NCBI GenBank assembly: GCA_965243385.1
Contig: CBDEUV010000001.1
Coordinates: 70,299-134,298 of the forward strand
Source of the DNA: Leptospirales bacterium
Lineage (GTDB): Bacteria > Spirochaetota > Leptospiria > Leptospirales > Leptonemataceae
DNA: 64,000 nucleotides
Direction of reading: 5' to 3'
The position numbers and the translations under genes are program-made. Under the pieces are notes generated by a model, which saw only the letters and a list, made by a program, of their open reading frames with translations, had not been told where the DNA came from and ran no database searches. Numbering within the stretch: the first letter of the stretch is position 1; each line of letters starts with the position of its first letter. Shown one piece after another: positions 46,382 to 55,538 of this stretch.

Positions 46382-47635
46382 TCACCCGAAGAGTCGCCAC
46401 AGGCTCCATGCCGGACGCGCCGGGTCCTTTAAAGCGTTTCCATCCTGCAGAGCGCTCAGGGCCGCCTCGATCGCCGCCTGATACACCGGGTCGGACGGAG
46501 CCCGGCCTGCGAATAGATAGCCGTCTTGAAACGGACCGGCCGTGCGCATCAGTATTTCGCAGCCGAAGTGGGCGCCCGCGTCCGCATCGAGACTGACCAG
46601 GCGCGACGCCGCGGCCGACGCCTGATAGGCCGACAAAAACGCGCGCCCGAACTCCGCCAGGCGTTTGCGTTCCGCCCTGCCCGCAACGAGCGTGCGCATG
46701 TACAGATGCGCCGCCAGATGCGCGACGTCCTGGGCAGGCCGGCCGAAGTGCGCGAATTCCCAATCGATGATTCCCATTCCGTTTGGAGTTACGAGTACGG
46801 AAGCGGGCCACAGATCGCCCATCACCAGGCAAAGGCCGGGTTCCAGCAGACGCCGGCCCAGCTCCACAGCGCGATCACCGCAGGCCTCCGCCGCAGCGAG
46901 CGGGACCTGCGCCTTCTTGAGATATTCGCGCGCACCCTCGTACTCCACCTGGTATCGTTTTACCTGCACGGCCTGGTTGCGAAATTGATCGGCGTCGATG
47001 GCGGTCTCATCGAAATTATGCAGACGCGCGAGCCAGCGGCCGAGGGTCGCGCCGTATGCAAAGCAATCGATCTCGCCGGCGGCGTCGCGATCAGGCAGCC
47101 CCGCGAAATCGCCAGGGCCGCTTCCGCAAACCCGGCCCAGATCCGGCGCATCGCCCAGGTCTTCCATCAGCAGTACCGCGTTGCGTGAATCATAGTCGTA
47201 AAGCCGCGGGCCGCGCACGACGAGTCGGGTCTCCGGATCCGCGTTTTGCGCAAGCTTGTGCTGAAGGAATTCTAAGGCCCGGGCCTCAAACCCCAGGCGG
47301 CCCGGGTCGAGCGCGATCTCCGGACGGCGCGCGACGAAAGGCGGCGCGTGCTTCAGGATCCAGCGAGCCGGCCGCGAAGCGGGAGTGCCATCGAATCCAG
47401 ACGAAGCATTCGAACTAAACGGGGCATGCGATACCGAAAGAGCGCGCGAATCGGAGGCCGCGCCGGAATCGTCGATGATCCGCCACACCCGATTCAAATT
47501 CCCGCCAGAGAGCTCGCTCACGCGGAAAGGACCCGGCCCGCAGTCGCCGCGCGCTTCCAGATAGGCGACTACTCCCGCGGGAGCCGCGAAATCGAAATTC
47601 GCGCCCCGGGGTTTCGCGTCCGCATTATCGCTCAC
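46382..47635 (-). CDS. APH-fold phosphotransferase, 5-methylthioribose-kinase-like
   Basis: Motifs resemble MtnK/APH kinases: 'LSGGNLNRVWRI', 'VLLMEDL', 'LVMGDLWPASVLV' and 'IIDWEFAHFGRPAQDVAHL'. The long ORF (to 47770) overlaps the upstream gene, so the GTG at 47635 is proposed as the start. Confidence 0.6.
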   Translation of the reverse strand: MSDNADAKPRGANFDFAAPAGVVAYLEARGDCGPGPFRVSELSGGNLNRVWRIIDDSGAASDSRALSVSHAPFSSNASSGFDGTPASRPARWILKHAPPFVARRPEIALDPGRLGFEARALEFLQHKLAQNADPETRLVVRGPRLYDYDSRNAVLLMEDLGDAPDLGRVCGSGPGDFAGLPDRDAAGEIDCFAYGATLGRWLARLHNFDETAIDADQFRNQAVQVKRYQVEYEGAREYLKKAQVPLAAAEACGDRAVELGRRLLEPGLCLVMGDLWPASVLVTPNGMGIIDWEFAHFGRPAQDVAHLAAHLYMRTLVAGRAERKRLAEFGRAFLSAYQASAAASRLVSLDADAGAHFGCEILMRTAGPFQDGYLFAGRAPSDPVYQAAIEAALSALQDGNALKDPARPAWSLWRLFG

Positions 47636-47645
47636 ATCGTCCTGC

Positions 47646-48461
47646 TCATGTATTAAAACGAAAGATGCGGTTCCCCGACGCCACCGGCCGCGCCTCGGCC
47701 AGAAAATCCAGAACGATCCGCTCCTGCGCCCCACGCGAGCGTTCGAGCGATTCTTTGAGATCGGCTTCATCGGCGTCGTACTTCCGCGCTCCCGAAGAGT
47801 ACTTGTGACCGACCACGAAACCGACTGTGGGAATTTCGAGCTCCGCGGCGAGCACGACCTCCGGCGCGAGGGTCATCGAATTCACCTGCGCGCCCAGGCC
47901 GGCCCAGTAGCGATTCTCCGCGCGGGTTTTCGTGCGCGGCCCGCCGACGTAAGCGAAGATCACGTCGCGAAGGGCGGGCTGTCCGTGTCGCTCGCAGATC
48001 GCGGCCGCCTGATCCCCGAGAGCGGTCGAAAACATTCCTTCTTCGAGTACGAGATGTCCCTGCCCCGCCCGTGGCCGATCGAAGAGCGTGCAGGCGGAAC
48101 CGTCGGGCAGGCGATTGTCGGGCATCAGCAGATCGCCGAGTAAGAGCGGTCGATAGAGCGGCAGCTCCCCGTCCATCACGCCGACCGAACTCGTCACCAT
48201 CAGCGAACGGCAGCCCAACTCCCGCAAACTCGAGGCGAGCGCGCGATAGTTAACCTGGTTCGGCAGAAGCGAATGCGGCAAACCGTGGCGAAAGATCACA
48301 GCCGCCGGACGCTGCAGGCCGTGAACGCGGTGCACCTGCTGCGGGCCGTACAGCGTTTCGATGCTTTGCGCTTCGAGCGAAATCCCCGCGGGCATTTCGT
48401 GAAAATCGAAGGCGCTGCCGAGAATCGCGACGGCGAAATCAGAATCGTGCGAATCGTTCAT
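47646..48461 (-). CDS. MTAP-family purine nucleoside / methylthioadenosine phosphorylase
   Basis: 'AILGSAFD', 'FRHGLPHSLLPNQVNYRALASSLRELGCRSLMVTSSVG' and 'YVGGPRTKTRAE' resemble PNP/MTAP family 2. The start is taken at the ATG at 48461 (MNDSHDS...). The upstream extension is Arg/Leu-rich and overlaps the transporter gene. Confidence 0.75.
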   Translation of the reverse strand: MNDSHDSDFAVAILGSAFDFHEMPAGISLEAQSIETLYGPQQVHRVHGLQRPAAVIFRHGLPHSLLPNQVNYRALASSLRELGCRSLMVTSSVGVMDGELPLYRPLLLGDLLMPDNRLPDGSACTLFDRPRAGQGHLVLEEGMFSTALGDQAAAICERHGQPALRDVIFAYVGGPRTKTRAENRYWAGLGAQVNSMTLAPEVVLAAELEIPTVGFVVGHKYSSGARKYDADEADLKESLERSRGAQERIVLDFLAEARPVASGNRIFRFNT

Positions 48462-48466
48462 AATAT

Positions 48467-49969
48467 TCAGCTTTCGCCCGCGCGTACCGGCGACACCGCG
48501 GGAGGCCAGATCAGACTGAAGGTGATGCCCGAGACGAAGATCGCCGGCAGGCCGTAGACCACCCAGTACCAGGTGTACATGCCGGCTTCGCCGAAATAGG
48601 CGTAACAAAAAACGCCCCAGACCAGACCGACGACGATGCTCGCGAAGGCGCCCGCGCGCGAAGCGCCGCGCCAGTAAAACGCGGCGAGCAGCGCAAAGGA
48701 CAGCGCCGCCACGGGGATATTCGCGAGAATCAGTTTGTCCAGTATTCGATCGATGGCGATATTCGCGAGCAGCAGACTGAGGCCGGCGAATATAGCGGTG
48801 ATCAGCATGTCGCCGCGCAAATTCGATCCAGTCCCTGTTGACTGCACATCGCCGCGAGGCGAAGCTCCCCGCTGCAGAAAATCCGTGCGCAGCATGGCCG
48901 TCATCGCGTTCCAGACTCCCGCCAGGGTCGTCGTGCCGGCAATCAAAAAGAGCGCGAAGGCCGCACCGCGCACGCCGACCGGCGCAAAAAATTCAATCGC
49001 AACCGGTAAGGCCGTTTCCGGATTCTCGACCGCCAGACCACGCAGGCGCGCGAAATACACCGCGGCGGTCATGGCGCCGTACAATAGAAAAACCAGCACC
49101 GCCGAAAGCGCGACCGAGGCGAAGGCGACCCCTTCGCTGCGGGCGGCGAAGATCTTTTGGCCGTACCAGGGCGCCAGAATATAGGTGAACATGGTCAGTA
49201 GAACCAGCGAAAACAAAAACGCGGGCGGCAGGGCCTGCTGTCCTGCTGCCAGACTGATGGCGCGCGAAGCTTCCGGAGACCCGCTCTCCGCCGGCGATAT
49301 GTCGGGAAGCACCCTCGCTCCCGTTCGATCCGCGGTCGCGCCTTCGAAAAATTCGCCCGGGCCGCTGTAACCGCCATAAGCGACGCTCCACAAAATCGCC
49401 GGGATCAAAACACACACCGCCAGGAAAGCAACGATATCCGTGCGAATCACCGCCATCAACCCGCCGCGCAGGGTCATCGCCAGTACCAGCGCCACCGCCA
49501 CGCACGATAAAAACAATTCGCCCGCCTGCGGAAACAACGGCGCGAAGATCAATACCAGTGAACGTACATAAGTAGCGCTAAAGCCGGCCATGGCCAGCAG
49601 GAGCGCGAAGCTCGCGGTTCGGCCGAGCAGCGGACCGTAGCGCTGCGTGAAAATATCGGCGACCGATTGGCCGTCGAAACGTTTCCAGTGTTTCGCGACC
49701 GCGACGGCGTAAAACGAGAGGCCCGCCAGAAATACGAAGGGCAAACCCAGGCCCCACCAGCCCGCGAAATAGCCGACGGACGAGAAGGCCAGCAGCGTCG
49801 TAGGATTAAACTCGGTCATGACCAGCGTCGCGGTCAGCGCGAAGAGGCCGGTTTTGCGAGAAGCGAAGAGATAGGCCGACTCGTCACGCGTCCGCAACGA
49901 CCGGAATACGCCGCTCGCGAAGGTGGCCAGCAGCAGCACGGCGAAGGCCAGCCAGTCGAGAGAATCCAT
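48467..49969 (-). CDS. Sodium:solute symporter (SSF) family transporter
   Basis: 500 aa with about 13 TM helices. The N-terminus 'DWLAFAVLLLATFASGVF...SRKTGLFALTATLVMTEFN' is typical of SSF permeases. Confidence 0.7.
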   Translation of the reverse strand: MDSLDWLAFAVLLLATFASGVFRSLRTRDESAYLFASRKTGLFALTATLVMTEFNPTTLLAFSSVGYFAGWWGLGLPFVFLAGLSFYAVAVAKHWKRFDGQSVADIFTQRYGPLLGRTASFALLLAMAGFSATYVRSLVLIFAPLFPQAGELFLSCVAVALVLAMTLRGGLMAVIRTDIVAFLAVCVLIPAILWSVAYGGYSGPGEFFEGATADRTGARVLPDISPAESGSPEASRAISLAAGQQALPPAFLFSLVLLTMFTYILAPWYGQKIFAARSEGVAFASVALSAVLVFLLYGAMTAAVYFARLRGLAVENPETALPVAIEFFAPVGVRGAAFALFLIAGTTTLAGVWNAMTAMLRTDFLQRGASPRGDVQSTGTGSNLRGDMLITAIFAGLSLLLANIAIDRILDKLILANIPVAALSFALLAAFYWRGASRAGAFASIVVGLVWGVFCYAYFGEAGMYTWYWVVYGLPAIFVSGITFSLIWPPAVSPVRAGES

Positions 49970-50045
49970 CAGAGCTTAGACCCCGACCGGAGCCCGTGGT
50001 TACGAAACACGATCAGCCGGTTGGGATGAACAGTCGGGACGCCGC

Positions 50046-50327
50046 TCAGCTGAACTGTTTTTTGATTTCGTCCGGCAACGCGATCGCGCCGAATTTCGCT
50101 TCGTATTCCGCCAGGTTTTTTTCCAGAGCTTTCGACAGCGTCCAGGCGGTTTGCGGACTCATGCGCACGTTCACGGCGCCCTTCAGATTCTGAGACGAAT
50201 CCACGAGCAAATTCTGTAACTCAACCTCGAACGGCGAAACGTTGATGGCGATGGAGTTCGCATAGAATTCAGGGATCGGGGCGGCGTCTTGCGCGCCGGA
50301 CGCTTCGGTTTGATTGGCTGGTTTCAT
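50046..50327 (-). CDS. DUF3467-like small protein
   Basis: 'EFYANSIAINVSPFEVELQ...VRMSPQTAWTLSKAL' resembles DUF3467. The start is taken at the ATG at 50327. The upstream extension looks non-coding. Confidence 0.55.
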   Translation of the reverse strand: MKPANQTEASGAQDAAPIPEFYANSIAINVSPFEVELQNLLVDSSQNLKGAVNVRMSPQTAWTLSKALEKNLAEYEAKFGAIALPDEIKKQFS

Positions 50328-50798
50328 AAAATGGCGGTTCCTCTGGCGCGACGACCGGACGTCACCGGAGGTGACGGACTGAACGCCGCTTTTCGCAGAC
50401 ACCAATTGAAGACCGGCCCCGGGTTTCGCGAGCACTATTTTCGCACGCCGGGGGCTTGTACGTGCGGGCAATCCCGACAATGGAATCGCGGGGCCTTTCA
50501 TTCGCACGCTCCGCGAAGAGCTACTGAATTGCATGTCGCCCCGCAGCGAAGCTGTCGTTCGTCAGCGGCTACTGGAGGATCAAGAATTCGGTCCCGCATT
50601 TCGCACGCATCCAATGAACGACCATGACCCGTCAAGGGGAGGCCTCACGGACAAAGCGAACTGCCATTCAGTAGCATTGGATATCAAATTATATTCGATC
50701 TCGCATGTATTAAACTTTCTGTTAGATTTCTGTTAAAACTCTTGCAATCTAACATCGCTAAATACAAAACCGGGCAAAAAAATATATGGAGAGTTCCA

Positions 50799-51497
50799 AT
50801 GAAACAAAAGATCGTAAGTGTTTTTGTGATTCTTGCCTCAGTCGCGTTTACAACGCAGCTGTCCGCATACGATTACGAATTCAGCATAATTGAGCCTGGA
50901 GATATAGATCAGGTATTACGTATAGGCAGCGATGCGACAGGGACGCCTCCGGCCCTGCAGGGCCTGTGGTGGATGGACGGCAATCCCCTGCCGGACGAAG
51001 TCGTTTCCTTTGCTGGAGCGGAATTCAGCGAGATAGTTCAAAACGGCGAAGTCGTCGGCCATCATGTCGTCATTAATACAACGGACGAAGGCGTTTGGAG
51101 CTGGCATCACAGTCTTCCGGGATATATGTTGTACTTTAACCTGCGCATGTCGCGAGCACAGCATATCATGGACTTTAATCTGGACTATAGCTACGCCGAT
51201 CTCACCCTGGGATCAGCGCGCGGTTTTAATCTGGGCGATATCGTCGGCGGCGAAGGCGGCGATTCGTCGGCCACGCTGGTAAAAGTGAATGAAAACGAAT
51301 ACAGGAGAGATACAGTATTCTTTGGCGGGGACGTGAGGTCTTATCGACTGCGTCGAATCGTAGACGGAGACGGTAATCGCCTGCCCGCTTACCAGGATTA
51401 CGTCGACGATCTGCACGCCCGAGGCGTCGATAAGTTGTTTCTCCCCTTCTGCACTATCGGCGACGGACAACAGCTACCCACGCCCTGTTTCGATTAA
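50799..51497 (+). CDS. Secreted hypothetical protein
   Basis: The ATG at 50799 is preceded by GGAGAG. The signal peptide is 'MKQKIVSVFVILASVAFTTQLSA'. Confidence 0.55.
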   Translation: MKQKIVSVFVILASVAFTTQLSAYDYEFSIIEPGDIDQVLRIGSDATGTPPALQGLWWMDGNPLPDEVVSFAGAEFSEIVQNGEVVGHHVVINTTDEGVWSWHHSLPGYMLYFNLRMSRAQHIMDFNLDYSYADLTLGSARGFNLGDIVGGEGGDSSATLVKVNENEYRRDTVFFGGDVRSYRLRRIVDGDGNRLPAYQDYVDDLHARGVDKLFLPFCTIGDGQQLPTPCFD

Positions 51498-51669
51498 CGC
51501 GTTCCGCGAGCGTTTCATACGTCGCCTCGAAGCCCAGAGCTTTCGGGGCGATTGCAAAATCGTTTAGGGCCCTGGATTCGAAGGACGCCAGAACAAACCG
51601 CGCAGTATCGTTCGCGACTTCGGCCTGACAAAACCTGGCCAGCACGCGTCCCGGGCGCGGCAATTTCCG

Positions 51670-52650
51670 TCAGTCGCCGCCGACTGTGGCCAGCACTATC
51701 TCCGACAGACCGCTATTGCCGTACGTCCCGATCGCGACCAACCGATAATAGTATGTTGTGCCGTTCACCAGACCGGTATGCGTATAACCCGTTACGGGCC
51801 CGAGCCGCACAGAAGGACTCGTCCATTCGACGCCCGGCGTATCCAACCAGAATACCAGATACTCCGTCGCCCGGGGCACCGCTTCCCAACTCAGCTCTAC
51901 ACCGCCGTCAATTCCGCGCGCCTCGAAGTGTTCCGGCGTCGGCGGCGCGCCTGGATTGGCGATGGCCTGCACCTCGCGTCCCGGTTCGCTCGTTCCGGCC
52001 GCGTTATCGGCGGCCAGGCGATAATAATAGGTAACGCCGTTCGTACGACCGGTATGATTATAACTCGGGGCCGTCAGCCCGGTGATCTGCGCATCGGCGG
52101 TTGTCACGCCGCCGACTGTATTCCAGTACAGGGTATAGCTGGTCGCCCCGACGGTCCGGGTCCACAACAACTGGACGAAGCCATCCCTACCGCGCGCCCT
52201 CAGATCCCCCGGGATCACAGCGAGCCGGGGGCCTGCGGGTCCGTCATCAAAGGCCATACCGAAAGAGTTACCAGCGAGGACCGAGCCGTCCGCAAAGATC
52301 GTCAGCGTGAGAAAGCGGCCGCCCGGCGCCTGGCACTGCGATGGGCCCTCCAGTAATTCGACTGAAAAATTCCCGTTGGCGTCCGTGCGAACCGTGGTGG
52401 AATAAGCGCCGGAAGTACACTCTACGTCAAAGTTTGCGAGCGCCTGACCGAAATCATCGCTCAGCGAACCCGAGACGGTGTACATTGGGGCCGACCCGCC
52501 TCCGGCGGCCAACCCCAGCATCAGAAGCTCTGACCCGGCGCCCGCTGTTGAGTCGCTCGACAGATCGCCAAGAACCGGCATGCAGGCCGCCTGCCCGCCC
52601 AGGGACAACACCGCCAGTATCGTCAGCATCAGGTTTGTGATATTTCTCAT
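51670..52650 (-). CDS. Secreted protein or possible lipoprotein with two fibronectin type III-like repeats
   Basis: Signal sequence with a Cys: 'LTILAVLSLGGQAAC'. Two repeats follow, 'YTLYWNTVGG...YNHTGRTNGVTYYYRLAA' and 'YLVFWLDTPG...YTHTGLVNGTTYYYRLVA'. Confidence 0.65.
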   Translation of the reverse strand: MRNITNLMLTILAVLSLGGQAACMPVLGDLSSDSTAGAGSELLMLGLAAGGGSAPMYTVSGSLSDDFGQALANFDVECTSGAYSTTVRTDANGNFSVELLEGPSQCQAPGGRFLTLTIFADGSVLAGNSFGMAFDDGPAGPRLAVIPGDLRARGRDGFVQLLWTRTVGATSYTLYWNTVGGVTTADAQITGLTAPSYNHTGRTNGVTYYYRLAADNAAGTSEPGREVQAIANPGAPPTPEHFEARGIDGGVELSWEAVPRATEYLVFWLDTPGVEWTSPSVRLGPVTGYTHTGLVNGTTYYYRLVAIGTYGNSGLSEIVLATVGGD

Positions 52651-52785
52651 ATCCGCCTCCCGGGTCGAATCGCTGCGACCTCAGAAACAACACCACGCAG
52701 GAGAAATCACTAACTGCAACGTCATGGCCGACAAGCACAAATCGAATAGCGGCGAATTTAGACCGGGGCTGGCGCCGACGACTCT

Positions 52786-53643
52786 TCAAAGTCCGCGCAG
52801 CTTTTTCGGCAGCGCCACGTCTTCCAGTAATTGCAGCGCAGCCAGAACTTTGCGGCGTTTCGCTTCCGAAAGTTCCGCCCAGCCTTTCCATTCGACGAGC
52901 TGTCGCGGCGGGCTCACCGGGCCGGCCTTCGCGTTCGATCGGCCGCCGGCTTTATCGGCTCCCGCGCCTGAGACCGGGCCGGCTGCGTAGTCGCGGCGCA
53001 GTTCCGCGAGCAGCCGCTGGGCCGTACCCTTTGGGATTTTGCCGCGGGACTCGCGCTCGATCTCCGCGGCGAGATTGCCCGAACCCTGTCCGCCGCCGTG
53101 TTTTTTACGGCGAATGCGCGCGCCGAATTTCGCGTCGATCCAGGCTTTCTTTTTAGCCGCGCTGTTCGAACCGCCCCGGCGCCGATCGTTTTCGGCCTCC
53201 ATGATTTCGTCTTCGAGTTCCGGCGCGATTTTCGCCGGGCTCATCACGCGCCGCGCCGGCGCCGCCAGCAATTCTCCCAGCCGCGCCGCGCGAAAACGGT
53301 TCTCTCCGCAGATCAGTACATAATCCACGCCGGCCGGAGCGCCGTCGGCGGGGGTGGCGTCGCGCAGAATCAACGCGTTCAGGACCCCGACCCGCTCAAT
53401 GCTTTCCGCCAGGCTCTGCAGTTCTTTCGCGCTCATCGACTCATAGTCGTTGCGCGGATTGGGCATGATGCGCGACAATTCGACGGGCAGGACTTTGCCG
53501 AATTCGACGACCTGGCCGTCGCGGCTCGTCGCCTGGATCGCCTCGTCGGGCTGCGCCTGGGTCAATCGCCCGAGACCGCCGCCCAGACTGCGGGTCGCCA
53601 GTCGCAGTCCGCCGGCTGCCGCGATTCTTTTATTTTTCGCCAT
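52786..53643 (-). CDS. parB: ParB/Spo0J-family partition protein
   Basis: The ParB N-terminal box reads 'IMPNPRNDYESMSAKELQSLAESIERVGVLNALILRD...ICGENRFRAARL'. It lies next to parA and palindromic repeats. Confidence 0.8.
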   Translation of the reverse strand: MAKNKRIAAAGGLRLATRSLGGGLGRLTQAQPDEAIQATSRDGQVVEFGKVLPVELSRIMPNPRNDYESMSAKELQSLAESIERVGVLNALILRDATPADGAPAGVDYVLICGENRFRAARLGELLAAPARRVMSPAKIAPELEDEIMEAENDRRRGGSNSAAKKKAWIDAKFGARIRRKKHGGGQGSGNLAAEIERESRGKIPKGTAQRLLAELRRDYAAGPVSGAGADKAGGRSNAKAGPVSPPRQLVEWKGWAELSEAKRRKVLAALQLLEDVALPKKLRGL

Positions 53644-53670
53644 AGGATTCGTCTCTTTGCTTTACTCGCG

Positions 53671-53759
53671 CAAGATTCGGTGAATCTTACGATGCTCCGG
53701 GCATGCAAGATTCACTGAATCTTGCTATGGTTCGGTCTTTCAAGATTTAGTGAATCTTG
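53671..53759. promoter_or_regulatory. Three parS/operator-like palindromes at 35-bp spacing
   Basis: 'AAGATTC-GGT-GAATCTT' (53672-53688), 'AAGATTC-ACT-GAATCTT' (53707-53723) and 'AAGATTT-AGT-GAATCTT' (53742-53758). All three lie in the 123-bp parA-parB intergenic region. Confidence 0.6.
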
Positions 53760-53766
53760 AAAAGCC

Positions 53767-54603
53767 TCACGCCACCTGGATTTCCTTTCGCAACAGATCG
53801 AGCTGCCGGATCGCCTCGCGTTCTTTCTCGCCCTTCGATTCCGGATTCAGCGCCGTCTTCTTGATCATGCTGGTGTCGATCGGCGAAGACTTGAGCACCC
53901 CGACGCCGGTGCACACATAACCTTCTTCCGCCAGCAGCTCCCGCAACTGCGCGTCCTGCTTCTCGGTGACATTGCAGGGCACCGCGAGATGCACCGGCGG
54001 CTTCAGCTTGATCTCGTCCGTAAACAGCTGCCCCAGCACCGCGCGAATATAGGCCAGACCTTTCAGGGAATCGGTTTTGAGGTCCGTGGGGGTCAGCAAA
54101 ACGTCGGCGGCGTAAATGCCGGCCTGCTGCGAATACTGCGGCGACGGCGGGGTATCGATGACGATCAGATCATAGGGCAGGGCCTTGAGCGCTTTGCGCA
54201 CCCGAAAGATGGCCGAGCGGTCGCGCATCATCTCGAAGCCGACCATGGCCAGCTCCAGAGTCGCCGGCATCACGTCCGGGCCCGCGGCCTTCGATCTGGC
54301 ATCGGGGTCGCGGCTCGCATAAATACACTCTTCCGGCTCGCACTGCTCGGCCAGAAAATGATACGCGTTGCGTTCAAAAACCGGCGACTCCCCGGCGGAT
54401 TCTGAGGGTGGCTCAGGGGCGGATTCCCTGAGAGACGGAAGGGCGTATTCGAAATGATCGCTGGCGTTCGCCTGAGCGTCCCAATCGCAGAGCAGGACCC
54501 GCAGGCCTTCGGCCGCCGAACGACTCGCGATATGCACCGCCAGGGTGGTCTTGCCCACGCCGCCTTTGTAATTCGCCACCGCGATGATTCTCGGGCCTTT
54601 CAT
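53767..54603 (-). CDS. parA: ParA/Soj-family partition ATPase
   Basis: Deviant Walker A: 'IIAVANYKGGVGKTTLA'. 'LIVIDTPPS' is also present. The start is taken at the ATG at 54603 (MKGPRII...). Confidence 0.85.
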   Translation of the reverse strand: MKGPRIIAVANYKGGVGKTTLAVHIASRSAAEGLRVLLCDWDAQANASDHFEYALPSLRESAPEPPSESAGESPVFERNAYHFLAEQCEPEECIYASRDPDARSKAAGPDVMPATLELAMVGFEMMRDRSAIFRVRKALKALPYDLIVIDTPPSPQYSQQAGIYAADVLLTPTDLKTDSLKGLAYIRAVLGQLFTDEIKLKPPVHLAVPCNVTEKQDAQLRELLAEEGYVCTGVGVLKSSPIDTSMIKKTALNPESKGEKEREAIRQLDLLRKEIQVA

Positions 54604-54656
54604 GCCGCTTGCTCCTGTGCTCTTCCGTGACGGCTCCACCGGGATTCGAATATCCC

Positions 54657-54677
54657 GTAAGATTCACCGAATCTTAC
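54657..54677. promoter_or_regulatory. Fourth copy of the palindrome, upstream of parA (putative operator)
   Basis: 'GTAAGATTC-ACC-GAATCTTAC' lies about 55-75 bp upstream of the parA start, in the divergent intergenic region. Confidence 0.5.
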
Positions 54678-54718
54678 GGAGCCGCGCTCCCGACGATCAA
54701 TGTACCAGTCCGGGGATT

Positions 54719-55468
54719 ATGTCGCATATGACACGCTACAACGAGCCAGTCAATGATTTAATGCTTCCGCCCGGGGTAAGCGGGCTTGCGGGCCAGGTGG
54801 CAATCAGGCGCGATTCCGGACTCAATTCCGGGGGAGGGGAGGCCGAAGTACAAAACCTGTCTACTATGCCCGAAGTTCTCAACCCCGATATCCAGATCGC
54901 CCTCCAGGCCGCGGTCGCCTATCTGGCTGACACCGTCACGGCCGGCGAACGCGAAATCGGCATACCCCTGTCCGGCGCCTATCTCAACGGCTTCGTCTTT
55001 TCCTGCGGCCGCGCGCGTCTGATCGCATCGCAGCCAGGCGAAGCAACGAAATCTCTTGCGACCGATAGCCCCAAGCTCGACCCCGAGGACGACCCCGGGC
55101 CTGATTCCCTGACTCCGCAGACTCTTGAAATTTCGCTTCTGGGAGCCCACCGCGACGGCGACTGGCGCCATAGCTTCAGCGGAACCGCGGTGCTTTTGCC
55201 GGAAGATCGCAGCGCGGGCAGCCCCGACCTGTTACGACGACTGAGCGGCGGCCTGCAGGAAGTCCTGGCCGATACAGTCAGCACCGGCTTCGCGCAGCGC
55301 TGGAACCCCGACTGGCTCGAAAAGATTTCGACGCTCGAAAACGAAATCGGTATGACCCGCGGCTTTCTCGACGTCGCCGGCGAAGCCGAACCCGACGAAG
55401 CGGAACTGGACGGCCACCTCTTTCGCCGGGTCGCCGGACACTGGACCTGGATCGGCCGGGCCCAATAG
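54719..55468 (+). CDS. Hypothetical protein
   Basis: ORF divergent from parA. The ATG at 54719 is in frame with the listed ORF. The acidic composition looks coding. No recognisable domain. Confidence 0.4.
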   Translation: MSHMTRYNEPVNDLMLPPGVSGLAGQVAIRRDSGLNSGGGEAEVQNLSTMPEVLNPDIQIALQAAVAYLADTVTAGEREIGIPLSGAYLNGFVFSCGRARLIASQPGEATKSLATDSPKLDPEDDPGPDSLTPQTLEISLLGAHRDGDWRHSFSGTAVLLPEDRSAGSPDLLRRLSGGLQEVLADTVSTGFAQRWNPDWLEKISTLENEIGMTRGFLDVAGEAEPDEAELDGHLFRRVAGHWTWIGRAQ

Positions 55469-55538
55469 AACTCGAAGAGAAGAACTCGCAGAGCAATAAT
55501 CCCTTTTCCTTTTCACCAGTTCCAGAATCCTCGACGTT

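Noticed and set aside
46185-46832. 215-aa minus-strand ORF bridging the kinase gene's 3' end and the intergenic region
   Set aside because: It is an off-frame overlap with the kinase gene, Arg/Gly-rich, and it crosses an A/T-rich promoter-like region. It is unlikely to be coding.
50680-50745. Short direct repeat 'TTCTGTTAGATTTCTGTTAAAA' upstream of the secreted-protein gene
   Set aside because: It is only two short A/T-rich copies, which is insufficient to call a regulatory site.
53671-53759. Regularly spaced repeats considered as a possible mini-CRISPR array
   Set aside because: There are only three copies, each an internally palindromic 17-mer with ~18-bp gaps. There are no cas genes, and the repeats lie between parA and parB. 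A partition or operator site is the better explanation.
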